From Candidatus Elulimicrobium sp. (GTDB lineage: Bacteria > Patescibacteriota > Minisyncoccia > Phycocordibacterales > UBA918), in contig DYNY01000006.1 of the NCBI GenBank assembly GCA_020720815.1, positions 1-60,440 on the forward strand: a stretch of 60,440 nt of DNA, written 5' to 3'. This document shows positions 1 to 8,904 of this stretch, piece after piece. The position numbers and the translations under genes were made by a program. Positions within the stretch are counted from its first letter, which is position 1; every line of letters starts with the position of its first letter. Under the pieces are notes generated by a model. The model searched no databases. It was not told the origin of the DNA and saw only the letters and a program-made list of their open reading frames with translations.

Positions 1-25
1 CTTTGGTAATCTATAATTGCTTTAG

Positions 26-508
26 TTAAGCTTTAAGTAGTTCCTCGAGTTGATCCAGTCCCTGGTTGAAGCCTTCTTTCATCCCCATTTCTATTACCGT
101 CTGCAAGTCTTTTTCACTGGCGTAGGTGGTGGTGACGATTATCTTGGTCACTTCTCCTTCTATATCAAACTGTAGGTCCCAGTGGCTTGTGGGTAGGTCA
201 GCATTGATAACCCCTTTTTCATCACAGAAGCAATCAATGGCAGTGAACGAGGCGAGGGGAACAATCATTAAGTATTTGTTAAGACAATATTGCTTTTCGC
301 CAACTGGCCCTTCCATGAAGTAATGCCAGGCGCCACCTTCGCTAAAGTTAAAAGACTTAGTGCGGGCGTGCCAAGGAGCCGGGGCCCACCATTTTTCTAG
401 TATTGTATTATCAGTCCAGGCGTCCTAAACCTTTTCTAAGGGAGCTGTGAAGGAACGTTCAGCCACGAGGGTCTTTTTGTCATCGCTAATAGTATAGATG
501 GTTTTCAT
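26..508 (-). pseudogene. SRPBCC/AHSA1-family protein interrupted by one in-frame TAG
   Basis: ATG at 508 reads MKTIYTISDDKKTLVAERSFTAPLEKV*DAWTDNTILEKWWAP...EGGAWHYFMEGP... in frame with the 26..316 ORF. The TAG (425-427) sits where the family has W (VW.AWT). Confidence 0.8.
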
Positions 509-517
509 AATTTAAAA

Positions 518-1330
518 TTAATTAGTGGCTTTTCTAAAATAGGATTCCTGCGAGAATACCCCATCACCGATTTTGGCCTGGTGAATACGGGCAAAGCTAC
601 TGCGCTGGGCCATCAGTTCAATAAATCTAGTACCTTTGATACCAGAACTACCATGTACCAGTGCATGTGCGCCATCTGGTACATTACGTAGTTGTTCAAA
701 ATATGGCAGTTCACCAAAGCGAGTCCTCGTAACACCAGCGGGATTTATATCATCAGTGGTTAAGGTAGTTTTGCAATTGCCAAAGTTGTCGATGTGCCAG
801 ATGGCATTTGGTAGTTCTGGTATTAGACTTAAGTCATGAGGGGTGCTCGGTAGGTTGTTACCCTTTAGCATAAAAGCGCCAGCTCGGGGCAGAAAATCAA
901 AGCTACGGAATTGGGTCGTCGGGATTTGCTTGGCGGCTTCTTCTGAAATAAACCCAGCCTCGAGCATTGCCTTCGCTCCCGTATGAGTATCAAGGAGATC
1001 TAGCCTAGGGAGAAGACCTAGTTGCTTAACGGCGGAGAGAGTGTATCCATCAACACTAACTAAAATCAAAGTTTGGCCGTAGTAGAAAAAACCAAATGGG
1101 GTGCCATTTTCCCATTTGGTCGTATGTCCGCCTCGGGGAGCTACATTTACTAAGACGAGGCCTTCGCGACCTTCAGTAGCATCTAGTACGTCAACCAGTT
1201 GCATACTAGCTTCAAGGTCGCTTTCTACGCCAATAAATGATAAACCAGTTTTCATGATAGAAGCTATTCGACTCTCTTGTCGCCCGCGCGCATTATCGTC
1301 TTTGCAATCATTGATGATGGTGGTGAACAT
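518..1330 (-). CDS. SAM hydroxide adenosyltransferase / SAM-dependent halogenase-like (DUF62) protein
   Basis: LVNVAP, TQFRSFDF and WHIDNFGNCKT motifs. Confidence 0.7.
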   Translation of the reverse strand: MFTTIINDCKDDNARGRQESRIASIMKTGLSFIGVESDLEASMQLVDVLDATEGREGLVLVNVAPRGGHTTKWENGTPFGFFYYGQTLILVSVDGYTLSAVKQLGLLPRLDLLDTHTGAKAMLEAGFISEEAAKQIPTTQFRSFDFLPRAGAFMLKGNNLPSTPHDLSLIPELPNAIWHIDNFGNCKTTLTTDDINPAGVTRTRFGELPYFEQLRNVPDGAHALVHGSSGIKGTRFIELMAQRSSFARIHQAKIGDGVFSQESYFRKATN

Positions 1331-1417
1331 GAAAAATATTTTAGTTAATAACAGTTAATAGATGGTAACAAACCGAGTGGTAAATTAAAAGAGTGATTTA
1401 GCTTTTGAAAAATAGAG

Positions 1418-1440
1418 TACGTCCCGCTAAACGGGACGTA
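1418..1440 (-). terminator. hairpin closing orphan 1461-1679
   Basis: TACGTCCCG-ctaaa-CGGGACGTA. Confidence 0.6.
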
Positions 1441-1460
1441 TGTAAGTTGATTTTTTGTAA

Positions 1461-1679
1461 TTACGACGAAGCTAGACGCTCCAGCTCAGGTTTGCAGACT
1501 AGGCGCCCGCTACCATCGCAGGTTTGTCCTGGTCGTTGACCTTTGATTGGAAGACCGTAGTGTGCGGGATAGGTGTAACCTTTACCACCTGGCCCGACGC
1601 CGATACAAAGCTTTTGTCGACAGACTGGGCAGAGCGACTGGTACGATCGGCCGACATTGAGGATTACATCTTGATTCAT
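1461..1679 (-). CDS. 72-aa orphan, putative zinc-ribbon protein
   Basis: ATG 1679 has GGAGT SD 6 nt upstream; CPVC...H...CDGSG motif. The longer 1823 start would run through a terminator. Confidence 0.6.
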   Translation of the reverse strand: MNQDVILNVGRSYQSLCPVCRQKLCIGVGPGGKGYTYPAHYGLPIKGQRPGQTCDGSGRLVCKPELERLASS

Positions 1680-1746
1680 GAGATTACTCCGGCTGGTGAA
1701 CAGGCTATAGTTTTTATAACATGTATATAGGTAAAAACTCAAGACA

Positions 1747-1779
1747 AGTAAAAGCCCCTTGGCTGAAGGGGCTTTTACT
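1747..1779 (-). terminator. intrinsic terminator
   Basis: 14-bp perfect stem AGTAAAAGCCCCTT-ggctg-AAGGGGCTTTTACT. Confidence 0.7.
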
Positions 1780-1825
1780 AAATTGTGATGGGAAATAGCG
1801 AGGAATACCCTTTGCATTTCCACAT
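1778..1825 (-). CDS. candidate 15-aa peptide MWKCKGYSSLFPITI
   Basis: GGAGGT SD (1834-1839) 8 nt before ATG, TGaTATAAT -10 at 1851-1859, terminator overlapping the stop. Confidence 0.45.
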   Translation of the reverse strand: MWKCKGYSSLFPITI

Positions 1826-1893
1826 AGCGTATTACCTCCGCTACCTAAATATTATATCATTCCGATTATAAAGTTGCCAACAAAATCTGGTAC

Positions 1894-1925
1894 AAAAATA
1901 TCCACCACAGTGGGCGGATATTTTT
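1894..1925 (-). terminator. hup terminator
   Basis: AAAAATATCC...GGATATTTTT imperfect stem just after the hup stop. Confidence 0.55.
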
Positions 1926-1944
1926 ACGTTAAAAACAGTGGCGA

Positions 1945-2217
1945 CTATTTAACAGCATCTTTTAGAGCCTTGGCAGCGCGGAACTTTGGAACACGCATAG
2001 CTGGAACCGATACAGTCTCTCCAGTACGTGGGTTACGAGCCTCTCGCTTAGCGCGAAGCTTAGCTTCAAAAATACCAAAACCAGCAACCGATACAGCCGT
2101 ACCATCCTTCATAGCTGATTCGATACTACCAAACACTGTATCTACTGCTCGTTCAGCATCGGCCTTTGTAGAACCGAGTACTTCATGTACTGCGCTGATG
2201 ATATCTGCTTTATTCAT
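1945..2217 (-). CDS. hup: histone-like DNA-binding protein HU
   Basis: MNKADII..., GFGIF, REARNPRTGE, PKFRAAKALKDAVK. Confidence 0.97.
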   Translation of the reverse strand: MNKADIISAVHEVLGSTKADAERAVDTVFGSIESAMKDGTAVSVAGFGIFEAKLRAKREARNPRTGETVSVPAMRVPKFRAAKALKDAVK

Positions 2218-2404
2218 AGAATTGAGAGAATTAACTTTTTAGTGCGATTAAAAATTTTGTGGTGAGTGTCTAACTCATGCACGACGCCGACTGTGTGGCA
2301 TAGGAGTATTATATAGCAAGCTAGAAAAGCTGCCACGTCTTCCTCTGTGTGCTTTTGTGTTGTGTAATTTAATTCACTACTTTTATCCCGGTCAGAATTT
2401 TCGC

Positions 2405-3934
2405 TTAGCGAGCGTAACTTACAACTCGAGTTTCGCGAATTACGTGTACTTTAATCTCTCCTGGATAACGCAAACGGGTTTCGATGGTTGTGGCAATTGT
2501 GCGCGCCAGCGTGTGCGCTTCAAAATCGCTGATAGCTTCAGGATTAATAAGGACGCGTATCTCGCGACCAGCGGCGATAGCAAAGGCTTTATCTACACCA
2601 TTTAAATCAGTCGCGATAGTTTCGAGGTCAGATAACCGTTTTATGTAGTTTTCAATTGAATCACGTCTAGCACCTGGACGACCGCCAGAGATAGCGTCAG
2701 CTACTTGAACGATAATTGATTCTGGAGTTTCGTAAGGATATTCCTCATGGTGAGCCCTCATCGCCAAAATAACTTGTTGATCTACGCCATATTTCTCCAA
2801 GATGCGAATACCAATTTCTACGTGGGTACCGGCAACTTCGTGACTAACGGTCTTACCGATATCATGCAAGAGGGCACCGGCTCGTGAGACTGCTACATCG
2901 GCGCCAATTTCTTCCGCAATAATCGCGGCCATGTGCGCCATTTCCACTGAGTGCCAAAGTACGTTCTGACCGTAGCTAGTGCGGAAGTGTAGTCGACCAA
3001 GAATCATGATGAGGTCAGGGTGAAGGTTTGGTACGTTGGCGTCATAAGCCGCTTTCTCGCCCATCTTTCTGACAATAGAAGCCACTTCCTTACGGGCGGT
3101 ATCAACCATCTCTTCAATCTTGGCTGGTTGAATACGGCCATCTTTTAGTAGGTTTTCCATGGCGACGCGAGCAATTTCTCGTCGGATAGGATCAAAGGAA
3201 GAGAGGACAATATAACCAGGTGTTTCATCTATCAAAACATCAACTCCTGTAGCACGTTCAAAGGCGCGCACATTGCGGCCTTCCTTACCAATAACTTTAC
3301 CTTTTAGATCGTCACTTGGGATTTCCACATGAGCGGTCATAACGTTAGTTGGTACGTTGTTACCAACGCGGTGAATTGCGGCTAAAATCAGATTCTGAGC
3401 CCTTTCTTCAAACGCTTCACTACCAGCGCGTTCGATTTTTTCGATTCGTGCACGTAGGTCTTCAGCTCGTTCCGCTTCCATCTTGGCTACGATTTGATCG
3501 TATGCTTCTTCCAGAGTTAGTTTGGCTACATCTTCTAGTTTCTTTTCAATATCGTTTTTTCGTTCATCTAGTCTTTCTTTGATTGACTTCACTTCGACAA
3601 TCTTGCTTTGGAGTGATTCACGTTGTGAATCAAGATCTATTTGTCTACTATCAATCAACTCTTCGCGCTTCTGCAGGTGTTTTTCTTTTTCCGATAACTT
3701 TTCTTCCTGAGTCTTTCGTTCCGTTTTGGCTTCATCTAGTGTAGCTGCTGCTTTTGCTTCCGCCTTTTCAATTATTTCGACAACCCGTTTTTCTGCTTCG
3801 AGTGTCTTCTCTTTGATGTCTAATTCCAGGGATTGCTTCTTGGATAAGGCATGAAGGTATCGAAAGTAATAGCCAGCTGCTACGCCGAGTCCGAGGGTTG
3901 CGATAATGGCGAGGCCCTGCAAGAATGGTGGCAT
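2405..3934 (-). CDS. rny: ribonuclease Y
   Basis: N-terminal TM, coiled coil, KH domain (KGKVIGKEGRNVR), HD domain (RTSYGQNVLWHS, LLHDIGK). Confidence 0.96.
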   Translation of the reverse strand: MPPFLQGLAIIATLGLGVAAGYYFRYLHALSKKQSLELDIKEKTLEAEKRVVEIIEKAEAKAAATLDEAKTERKTQEEKLSEKEKHLQKREELIDSRQIDLDSQRESLQSKIVEVKSIKERLDERKNDIEKKLEDVAKLTLEEAYDQIVAKMEAERAEDLRARIEKIERAGSEAFEERAQNLILAAIHRVGNNVPTNVMTAHVEIPSDDLKGKVIGKEGRNVRAFERATGVDVLIDETPGYIVLSSFDPIRREIARVAMENLLKDGRIQPAKIEEMVDTARKEVASIVRKMGEKAAYDANVPNLHPDLIMILGRLHFRTSYGQNVLWHSVEMAHMAAIIAEEIGADVAVSRAGALLHDIGKTVSHEVAGTHVEIGIRILEKYGVDQQVILAMRAHHEEYPYETPESIIVQVADAISGGRPGARRDSIENYIKRLSDLETIATDLNGVDKAFAIAAGREIRVLINPEAISDFEAHTLARTIATTIETRLRYPGEIKVHVIRETRVVSYAR

Positions 3935-4013
3935 AGTTCCTTATTTTACGTTGTTAAATTCTCTCAACCGTGACTGTCAGTTCAATCGTACCATACCAGA
4001 AGTATGAGAGGTT

Positions 4014-4054
4014 GTAAAACACCCCGATGAGCCTAGCTCATCGGGGTGTTTTAC
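4014..4054 (-). terminator. clpP terminator
   Basis: 19-bp perfect stem GTAAAACACCCCGATGAGC-cta-GCTCATCGGGGTGTTTTAC. Confidence 0.75.
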
Positions 4055-4068
4055 TGTTCTCTTTCTAA

Positions 4069-4680
4069 TTACTTGTATACCTGGTCCACTATTCCGTAAG
4101 CTTTGGCTTCATCTGCATCCATAAAAAAGTCGCGGTCAACATCATGCTCAATCTTCTGGAGTTTCTGACCGGTCGCTTTGGCGAGCATTTTGTTGAGTTT
4201 GTCGCGGGTCTTTATGATGTGACGGGCAGTAATATCAATATCAGAAGCCTGGCCGTAAGCGCCACCACTCGGTTGGTGAATCATTACTTCAGCGTTTGGT
4301 AGCATAAAGCGCTTGTCTTTTTGGCCTTGCGATAGGATGAGCGAGCCCATGGAGGCGGCCATACCCACACATACCGTAGCCACGTCTGGCTTGATGTGGT
4401 GCATGGTATCAATAATTGATAGGCCAGCGGTCACACTCCCGCCGGGGGAGTTTACATAAATATAAATATCTTTCTTAGGGTCTTCAGATTCTAGGAAAAG
4501 AAGTTGGGCGACGATTAGATTCGCCATTTGGTCTTCAATTTGACCAGTAATAAAGATAATTCGTTCTTTAAGTAGGCGGGAGAATATATCGTAGGCGCGC
4601 TCTCCACCCATGGTCTTTTCAATGACCATTGGCACCAGGTAGTTACTGACGGTTTGGTTTTGTTTTTCTTGGTTTGACAT
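4069..4680 (-). CDS. clpP: ATP-dependent Clp protease proteolytic subunit
   Basis: [32 protein letters not shown]. Confidence 0.97.
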   Translation of the reverse strand: MSNQEKQNQTVSNYLVPMVIEKTMGGERAYDIFSRLLKERIIFITGQIEDQMANLIVAQLLFLESEDPKKDIYIYVNSPGGSVTAGLSIIDTMHHIKPDVATVCVGMAASMGSLILSQGQKDKRFMLPNAEVMIHQPSGGAYGQASDIDITARHIIKTRDKLNKMLAKATGQKLQKIEHDVDRDFFMDADEAKAYGIVDQVYK

Positions 4681-4815
4681 ATGCGCTGTATGGTAGCAGA
4701 AAATAACTGGCTCTGCCAGTTAGGGGTTAATTTAATTGCCAGGCCAACTGTTTCTAGTGCTTAGTTATATAGGTGCTCGGCGTGGGCATTATGTTCTTCA
4801 TGAGGAGAAGTGAAC

Positions 4816-5034
4816 ATGAGCGAAGAAAATATTTCTAAGTTACAACCCTCTGAAACTATACCCGAGGTAAAAATGTTGGTGACTGGTTTCATGTTCTGTT
4901 TACATCCAGAAAAATTTGGTGTTTGTGGGGCGACACTCAACACTTTTAGTGCAGACAGTGAATTAGTGAAGTGCATGTACGGACATACTTTTCACGTTGC
5001 CATTGTACGCAAGAAGTTTTTCAAGGCGGAATGA
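4816..5034 (+). CDS. 72-aa orphan, possible Zn-binding (C..C..CxxGH)
   Basis: GAGGAG SD 4802-4807, ATG 4816, hairpin after the stop. Confidence 0.55.
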   Translation: MSEENISKLQPSETIPEVKMLVTGFMFCLHPEKFGVCGATLNTFSADSELVKCMYGHTFHVAIVRKKFFKAE

Positions 5035-5059
5035 TTCTTAAGTGGTTGTTTGAAAAGAT

Positions 5060-5095
5060 AAACCCCCCACGAAGCCGAGGCTTCGTGGGGGGTTT
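5060..5095. terminator. bidirectional terminator between orphan and tig
   Basis: 17-bp perfect stem AAACCCCCCACGAAGCC-ga-GGCTTCGTGGGGGGTTT. Confidence 0.7.
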
Positions 5096-5113
5096 GAACA
5101 TTTCCTGCTTACT

Positions 5114-6286
5114 TTATTTAGTTGCTTCCAGCATTTTCATCACGGCGTTGTTGGTTAGTACGGTTGTGACATAGACAGTCACTCGGTACGGGTCAGCGTC
5201 TTTATATTGAGAAATTAATTCCTTTACTTGAGCTTCCACTTCTTCCTTTTCAGCTACGATTTTCTCGGCCTTAGAAATTTCATTAAGAATTAATTGGAGC
5301 TTAGCTCGCTTTTCCGCTGCTGGTGTCCATTCCGCTTTCAGATCTTCTATGGTTTTGTTTATGTGTTTGAGATAGTCTTCAATTTTTAGATTAGAGCGAC
5401 TGAGGTCTTCTTCCATCTGGGCAAACATCTGATTGAGTTCTGAGTCAATCAAAATCTGTGGTAGTTCGATAGTACTGTCGGCAATAATCGTATCAGTAAT
5501 CTTGGCGCGGTGTTTGCTTTCCACGTCTTGGGCTTTTTGGATAGTTAGATGTTCCTTAATTTTTTCTTTAAAATCTGCGACGTTAGCAAATTGTCCTGGT
5601 TGGCCAAGTCCGGCTACTAGTCCATCGGTTAATTCTGGTAGAGATAGTTTGGCTAGGTCAGTTTCAGTTTCGATAGCCGATTCACCTGCTTCTGGTGTAG
5701 CTGGGGTAGTTTCGGTTTCAGTAGTCTCTGCTTTGTCGGCTCTGGCCTTGGCTTGGATTCGGTCATAGGCCACCTTTTGCCGCAAAATCTCATTGATTTG
5801 TTTTTTAATTTCCTCTTCAGTTACTTCTTTAGATTCCTTACCTTTATTTATCTCGGCCGCGAGCTTTTTATAATCAGGTAGAGTAATGTCAGGAATAACC
5901 GCTACGGTGATAGAAAGCCCTAGTGGGTTATTGGGCGCAAGCTTAGTTAGTTCTACCTTTGGGTGACCGATAGCGTCAATCTTATGTTCCTCAAGAATGT
6001 GAGGGTACATATGAGCGATAGTACGCTCAGCCATTTCACTAAGGATAGACATTTCCCCGAGGTGCTTCACTAAGATATTTTCTGGTACGTGACCTTTGCG
6101 GAAGCCGTCTAATTCAACGTTAGCGCCCAGGTCTTTAATAGCGGCGCCACGTGCCAGCTCTACCTCTGCCCAAGGTATTTCGCCGACAATCTTTACTTGC
6201 GATTGTGGCTCTTTAGTAACGGTAAAAGCGCCCTTAAAATCAATATCATGGGCGTGGTGATCGTGCTCGTGTGAATGTTGTGACAT
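5114..6286 (-). CDS. tig: trigger factor lacking the FKBP/PPIase domain
   Basis: GFRKGHVP ribosome-binding motif, C-terminal SurA-like domain; the middle domain is replaced by a T/E/A-rich linker. Confidence 0.9.
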   Translation of the reverse strand: MSQHSHEHDHHAHDIDFKGAFTVTKEPQSQVKIVGEIPWAEVELARGAAIKDLGANVELDGFRKGHVPENILVKHLGEMSILSEMAERTIAHMYPHILEEHKIDAIGHPKVELTKLAPNNPLGLSITVAVIPDITLPDYKKLAAEINKGKESKEVTEEEIKKQINEILRQKVAYDRIQAKARADKAETTETETTPATPEAGESAIETETDLAKLSLPELTDGLVAGLGQPGQFANVADFKEKIKEHLTIQKAQDVESKHRAKITDTIIADSTIELPQILIDSELNQMFAQMEEDLSRSNLKIEDYLKHINKTIEDLKAEWTPAAEKRAKLQLILNEISKAEKIVAEKEEVEAQVKELISQYKDADPYRVTVYVTTVLTNNAVMKMLEATK

Positions 6287-6437
6287 AGTACGCGCTAGTG
6301 TACGTAAATATAGGATATTTGCAACCAGAAACTAAAGAAAATTTGAAATCCTCAAGGTGCTTATCTGACGTTTTGGGTTATTTAGATATGGCAAACCCCG
6401 CAGGGTTTGCGGGGTGGGGTGGTGTAGGACTTCGACA

Positions 6438-6863
6438 TCACGTCTTCCTGATGACTGCCAACAACTTTGGCACTGTACCAGGGAAGGGTGCTTCCGGTGG
6501 CGTCGGGCAGTTTTTCGGAAGTGGTGTATTCAAAATTGACACCTCCTTGTACCCAAAGAGGTAGAGGTTGGTTCCGTCAGACAGGTCTTTGAAAAGACGA
6601 TGGAGTATTTCAGGTAGCGTGCCAATCACCTGGAACGTCCAGGGAAACTGTACGGTCACCTGGGGGCGCCAGGTTGTATAGGTGACTCCATACATCACGT
6701 ATGCCGTCGGGAAGGCCAACTTCAGTCCAAGAATTTCCCACCGCTTGCACTCAAGTGAGATTTCGCTCAGAGCGAGGAAAATCTCCGATATGGGTGAGTG
6801 ATCGATTCGTGCGAATCCCGCTAGCGTGACGTTATCGAAAGGAACAGTGTGAGAATGAAGCAT
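6438..6863 (-). CDS. orphan hypothetical protein
   Basis: Own TTTACA-17-TAAGAT promoter (about 6912-6940), GAGAG SD, hairpin 6395-6415 after the stop. Confidence 0.55.
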   Translation of the reverse strand: MLHSHTVPFDNVTLAGFARIDHSPISEIFLALSEISLECKRWEILGLKLAFPTAYVMYGVTYTTWRPQVTVQFPWTFQVIGTLPEILHRLFKDLSDGTNLYLFGYKEVSILNTPLPKNCPTPPEAPFPGTVPKLLAVIRKT

Positions 6864-6985
6864 GATCGTCTCTCGAGAAGAACGACAGTGAAAGCACTGC
6901 CACTTTTCATATCTTAGGGGAGGGGAGGGAAAATGTAAAGATTGGATACCAATTTACCACGGTAGTTTTACCCTACGAATGTTGA

Positions 6986-7014
6986 TTGACAGGTGATACA
7001 CTTTTGATACACTT
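6986..7014 (+). promoter_or_regulatory. TA promoter with tandem operator repeats
   Basis: TTGACA 6986-6991, TGaTACACT -10; TGATACACTT repeated at 6994 and 7005. Confidence 0.65.
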
Positions 7015-7022
7015 GGGGTATT

Positions 7023-7250
7023 ATGGCAACAACAAAAACAAGAATCAACGTTAGTTTAAGCGCTGAGGTTGAGCAAGCTCTTAAGGCTTTAGCTAAACGT
7101 GACCAAGTACCTTCCGCTACAAAAGCGGCTGAGCTTTTACGACTAGCTCTTGAGATTGAAGAGGACTATGTATTTTCGGCAATAGCGGATGAGCGACTGG
7201 CAGAAAAGAATATAAAGTGGCTTAAGAGTGAGGAGGTGTGGGGTAAATAG
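7023..7250 (+). CDS. CopG/RHH antitoxin (RelB-like)
   Basis: RINVSLS beta-strand plus helices, acidic C-half; directly upstream of a RelE toxin. Confidence 0.8.
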   Translation: MATTKTRINVSLSAEVEQALKALAKRDQVPSATKAAELLRLALEIEEDYVFSAIADERLAEKNIKWLKSEEVWGK

Positions 7251-7253
7251 AAT

Positions 7254-7526
7254 ATGTACCAGGTTATTTTTCATGTCAAAATTGTTGATGACTTAAAACA
7301 TATTTCACCACCACTCCAAAAGGCAATTAAAAAAGCTATCGAAGAAAAACTAACTACCTCACCAGAATCATTTGGTAAACCGCTTCAGTTTTCACTGAAA
7401 GGGGCTCGCAGTATGAGGGTGGGCAATTATCGAGTAATATTCCGTCTATCAAAATTGATTGTACAAATTATTATGATCGGGCACCGGTCAGTTGTATATG
7501 AGAATATACTAAGACGAAGGATTTAG
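7254..7526 (+). CDS. relE: RelE/ParE-family toxin
   Basis: GKPL...LKGARSMRVGNYRVIF, IGHRSVVY. Confidence 0.88.
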   Translation: MYQVIFHVKIVDDLKHISPPLQKAIKKAIEEKLTTSPESFGKPLQFSLKGARSMRVGNYRVIFRLSKLIVQIIMIGHRSVVYENILRRRI

Positions 7527-7551
7527 ACATTAAGTAGGTAATTATTAAAAA

Positions 7552-7580
7552 TCACCCAAAGCTCGGGGAGCTTTGGGTGA
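7552..7580. terminator. terminator between relE and orphan pair
   Basis: 13-bp perfect stem TCACCCAAAGCTC-ggg-GAGCTTTGGGTGA. Confidence 0.65.
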
Positions 7581-7657
7581 AGTTGCGTTTGTTGGGAGAT
7601 GTCTGGCAGTGAATGAGGAGGGTTATTTTTTATGTTCCAATCCCCTCGATTAGTTGA

Positions 7658-8389
7658 TTAAGCCTGGATCCACTGCTCAGTCCCCTTGGGTCGCCATTCT
7701 CTGACCCACGATGGTCCGATTTCGTCACTTCTCTTGTTGCGACGGAACCAGACACGTACTTGGTCACCAGCGTTGATTGTCTTCCACGCGCTGTATTCGA
7801 TTCCCGGTCTGTCATCTTGGCCGTCAATGTGTACCTTGACTAGGTACCTCGTCCTGGGGATACGTCCAGTATTGAGGGGCACAGAATATTTTCCTTCAAC
7901 TTCGACAACCGCATACTCATCGTCTCCATACGGGGACAGACGACGGAAGAGGCGAAAGCGAGACGTTTGGGGTCCAAGAACTTCGAAAGTGGCTGTGGTA
8001 ACGAGCACAATGAGCAAAATATACACAATGAGGAGTAGATGACCAGAAAGAGTGCTCCATCTCGTCTCTTTTGATTGCCCTCCGGGGTGTATTGTGACTT
8101 CACTTCCCATGTCACGTACCTCGTTGGTCCACGTGCAGATGCGAGTAATCTTCCAGGACCCGTTCTTATCGTTGACGCATTTTTCTTGTAGGCGAACAAC
8201 CTCTCCTTCTCGGAGTCGTACGAACAGCCGGGTCTCTAATCGCGGTTGCGATGGGATGTACGTAATCCCATTCACCTTCAGGTTGCCTGTGGGTTGTTGT
8301 TCTACTAGCTCTATATTCTGCGCCTGGGCACACATGCATACCGACAAAAGAAACATCAGAGAGAAAGCAATCCACGTGACGGTTTTCAT
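7658..8389 (-). CDS. orphan membrane protein (signal peptide, one TM, beta-rich C-domain)
   Basis: Signal peptide ending AQA; TM LLLIVYILLIVLV; AAGGGG SD. Confidence 0.65.
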   Translation of the reverse strand: MKTVTWIAFSLMFLLSVCMCAQAQNIELVEQQPTGNLKVNGITYIPSQPRLETRLFVRLREGEVVRLQEKCVNDKNGSWKITRICTWTNEVRDMGSEVTIHPGGQSKETRWSTLSGHLLLIVYILLIVLVTTATFEVLGPQTSRFRLFRRLSPYGDDEYAVVEVEGKYSVPLNTGRIPRTRYLVKVHIDGQDDRPGIEYSAWKTINAGDQVRVWFRRNKRSDEIGPSWVREWRPKGTEQWIQA

Positions 8390-8457
8390 TTTCCAACCCC
8401 TTCAGTGTTGAAATGAACGAAAGGGGCTGCGTGTGACGCGTCCCCTTTGTGTAGGAA

Positions 8458-8772
8458 CTACTTGAGTACACCGTTTTTCTTGAGCGCTTCGAGTACCTCC
8501 TTGTCTTGCTTGGTGAATAGGGAGGCTATCCATTGGCACGTTCGCACTGCAACTTCGAGCAGAAACACGAAGAGCTGTAGGCTATGTACCGCCGCAAGGA
8601 GCGCGAGGGTGTACTTGGGCGGAAGGCCTTGATCGCCACCAGTGAAGCGCCAGCCGTAGTAGAAGTAGGCGATAACACAATCAAAGATGAGGATAGAGAC
8701 GAGCCCTGCACGCGAGAAGCTGATGTGCCACACGGACATGTCAGGTTGGGTACTTTTGAGTGATGTGGTCAT
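8458..8772 (-). CDS. orphan two-TM membrane protein
   Basis: Perfect AAGGAGGT SD (8777-8784); two hydrophobic segments. Confidence 0.65.
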   Translation of the reverse strand: MTTSLKSTQPDMSVWHISFSRAGLVSILIFDCVIAYFYYGWRFTGGDQGLPPKYTLALLAAVHSLQLFVFLLEVAVRTCQWIASLFTKQDKEVLEALKKNGVLK

Positions 8773-8839
8773 GACGACCTCCTTTTAAATGAACGGGGAA
8801 CAAAGTGACTTTGCTTCGTTGGCTAATTTAGCAAAATTG

Positions 8840-8898
8840 TTGACAATAAATCAAAATAGTTGTACTTTATTAATATATTTTAAACTGTTAGTTTAAAA
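8840..8898 (+). promoter_or_regulatory. sigma70 promoter and palindromic operator
   Basis: TTGACA(8840)-17-TACTTT(8863); TTTTAAACT-gtt-AGTTTAAAA at 8878-8898. Confidence 0.65.
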
Positions 8899-8904
8899 AC
8901 ATAT

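Noticed and set aside
1680-1823. N-terminal extension of the 1461..1823 ORF
   Set aside because: It crosses a terminator; an SD supports ATG 1679.
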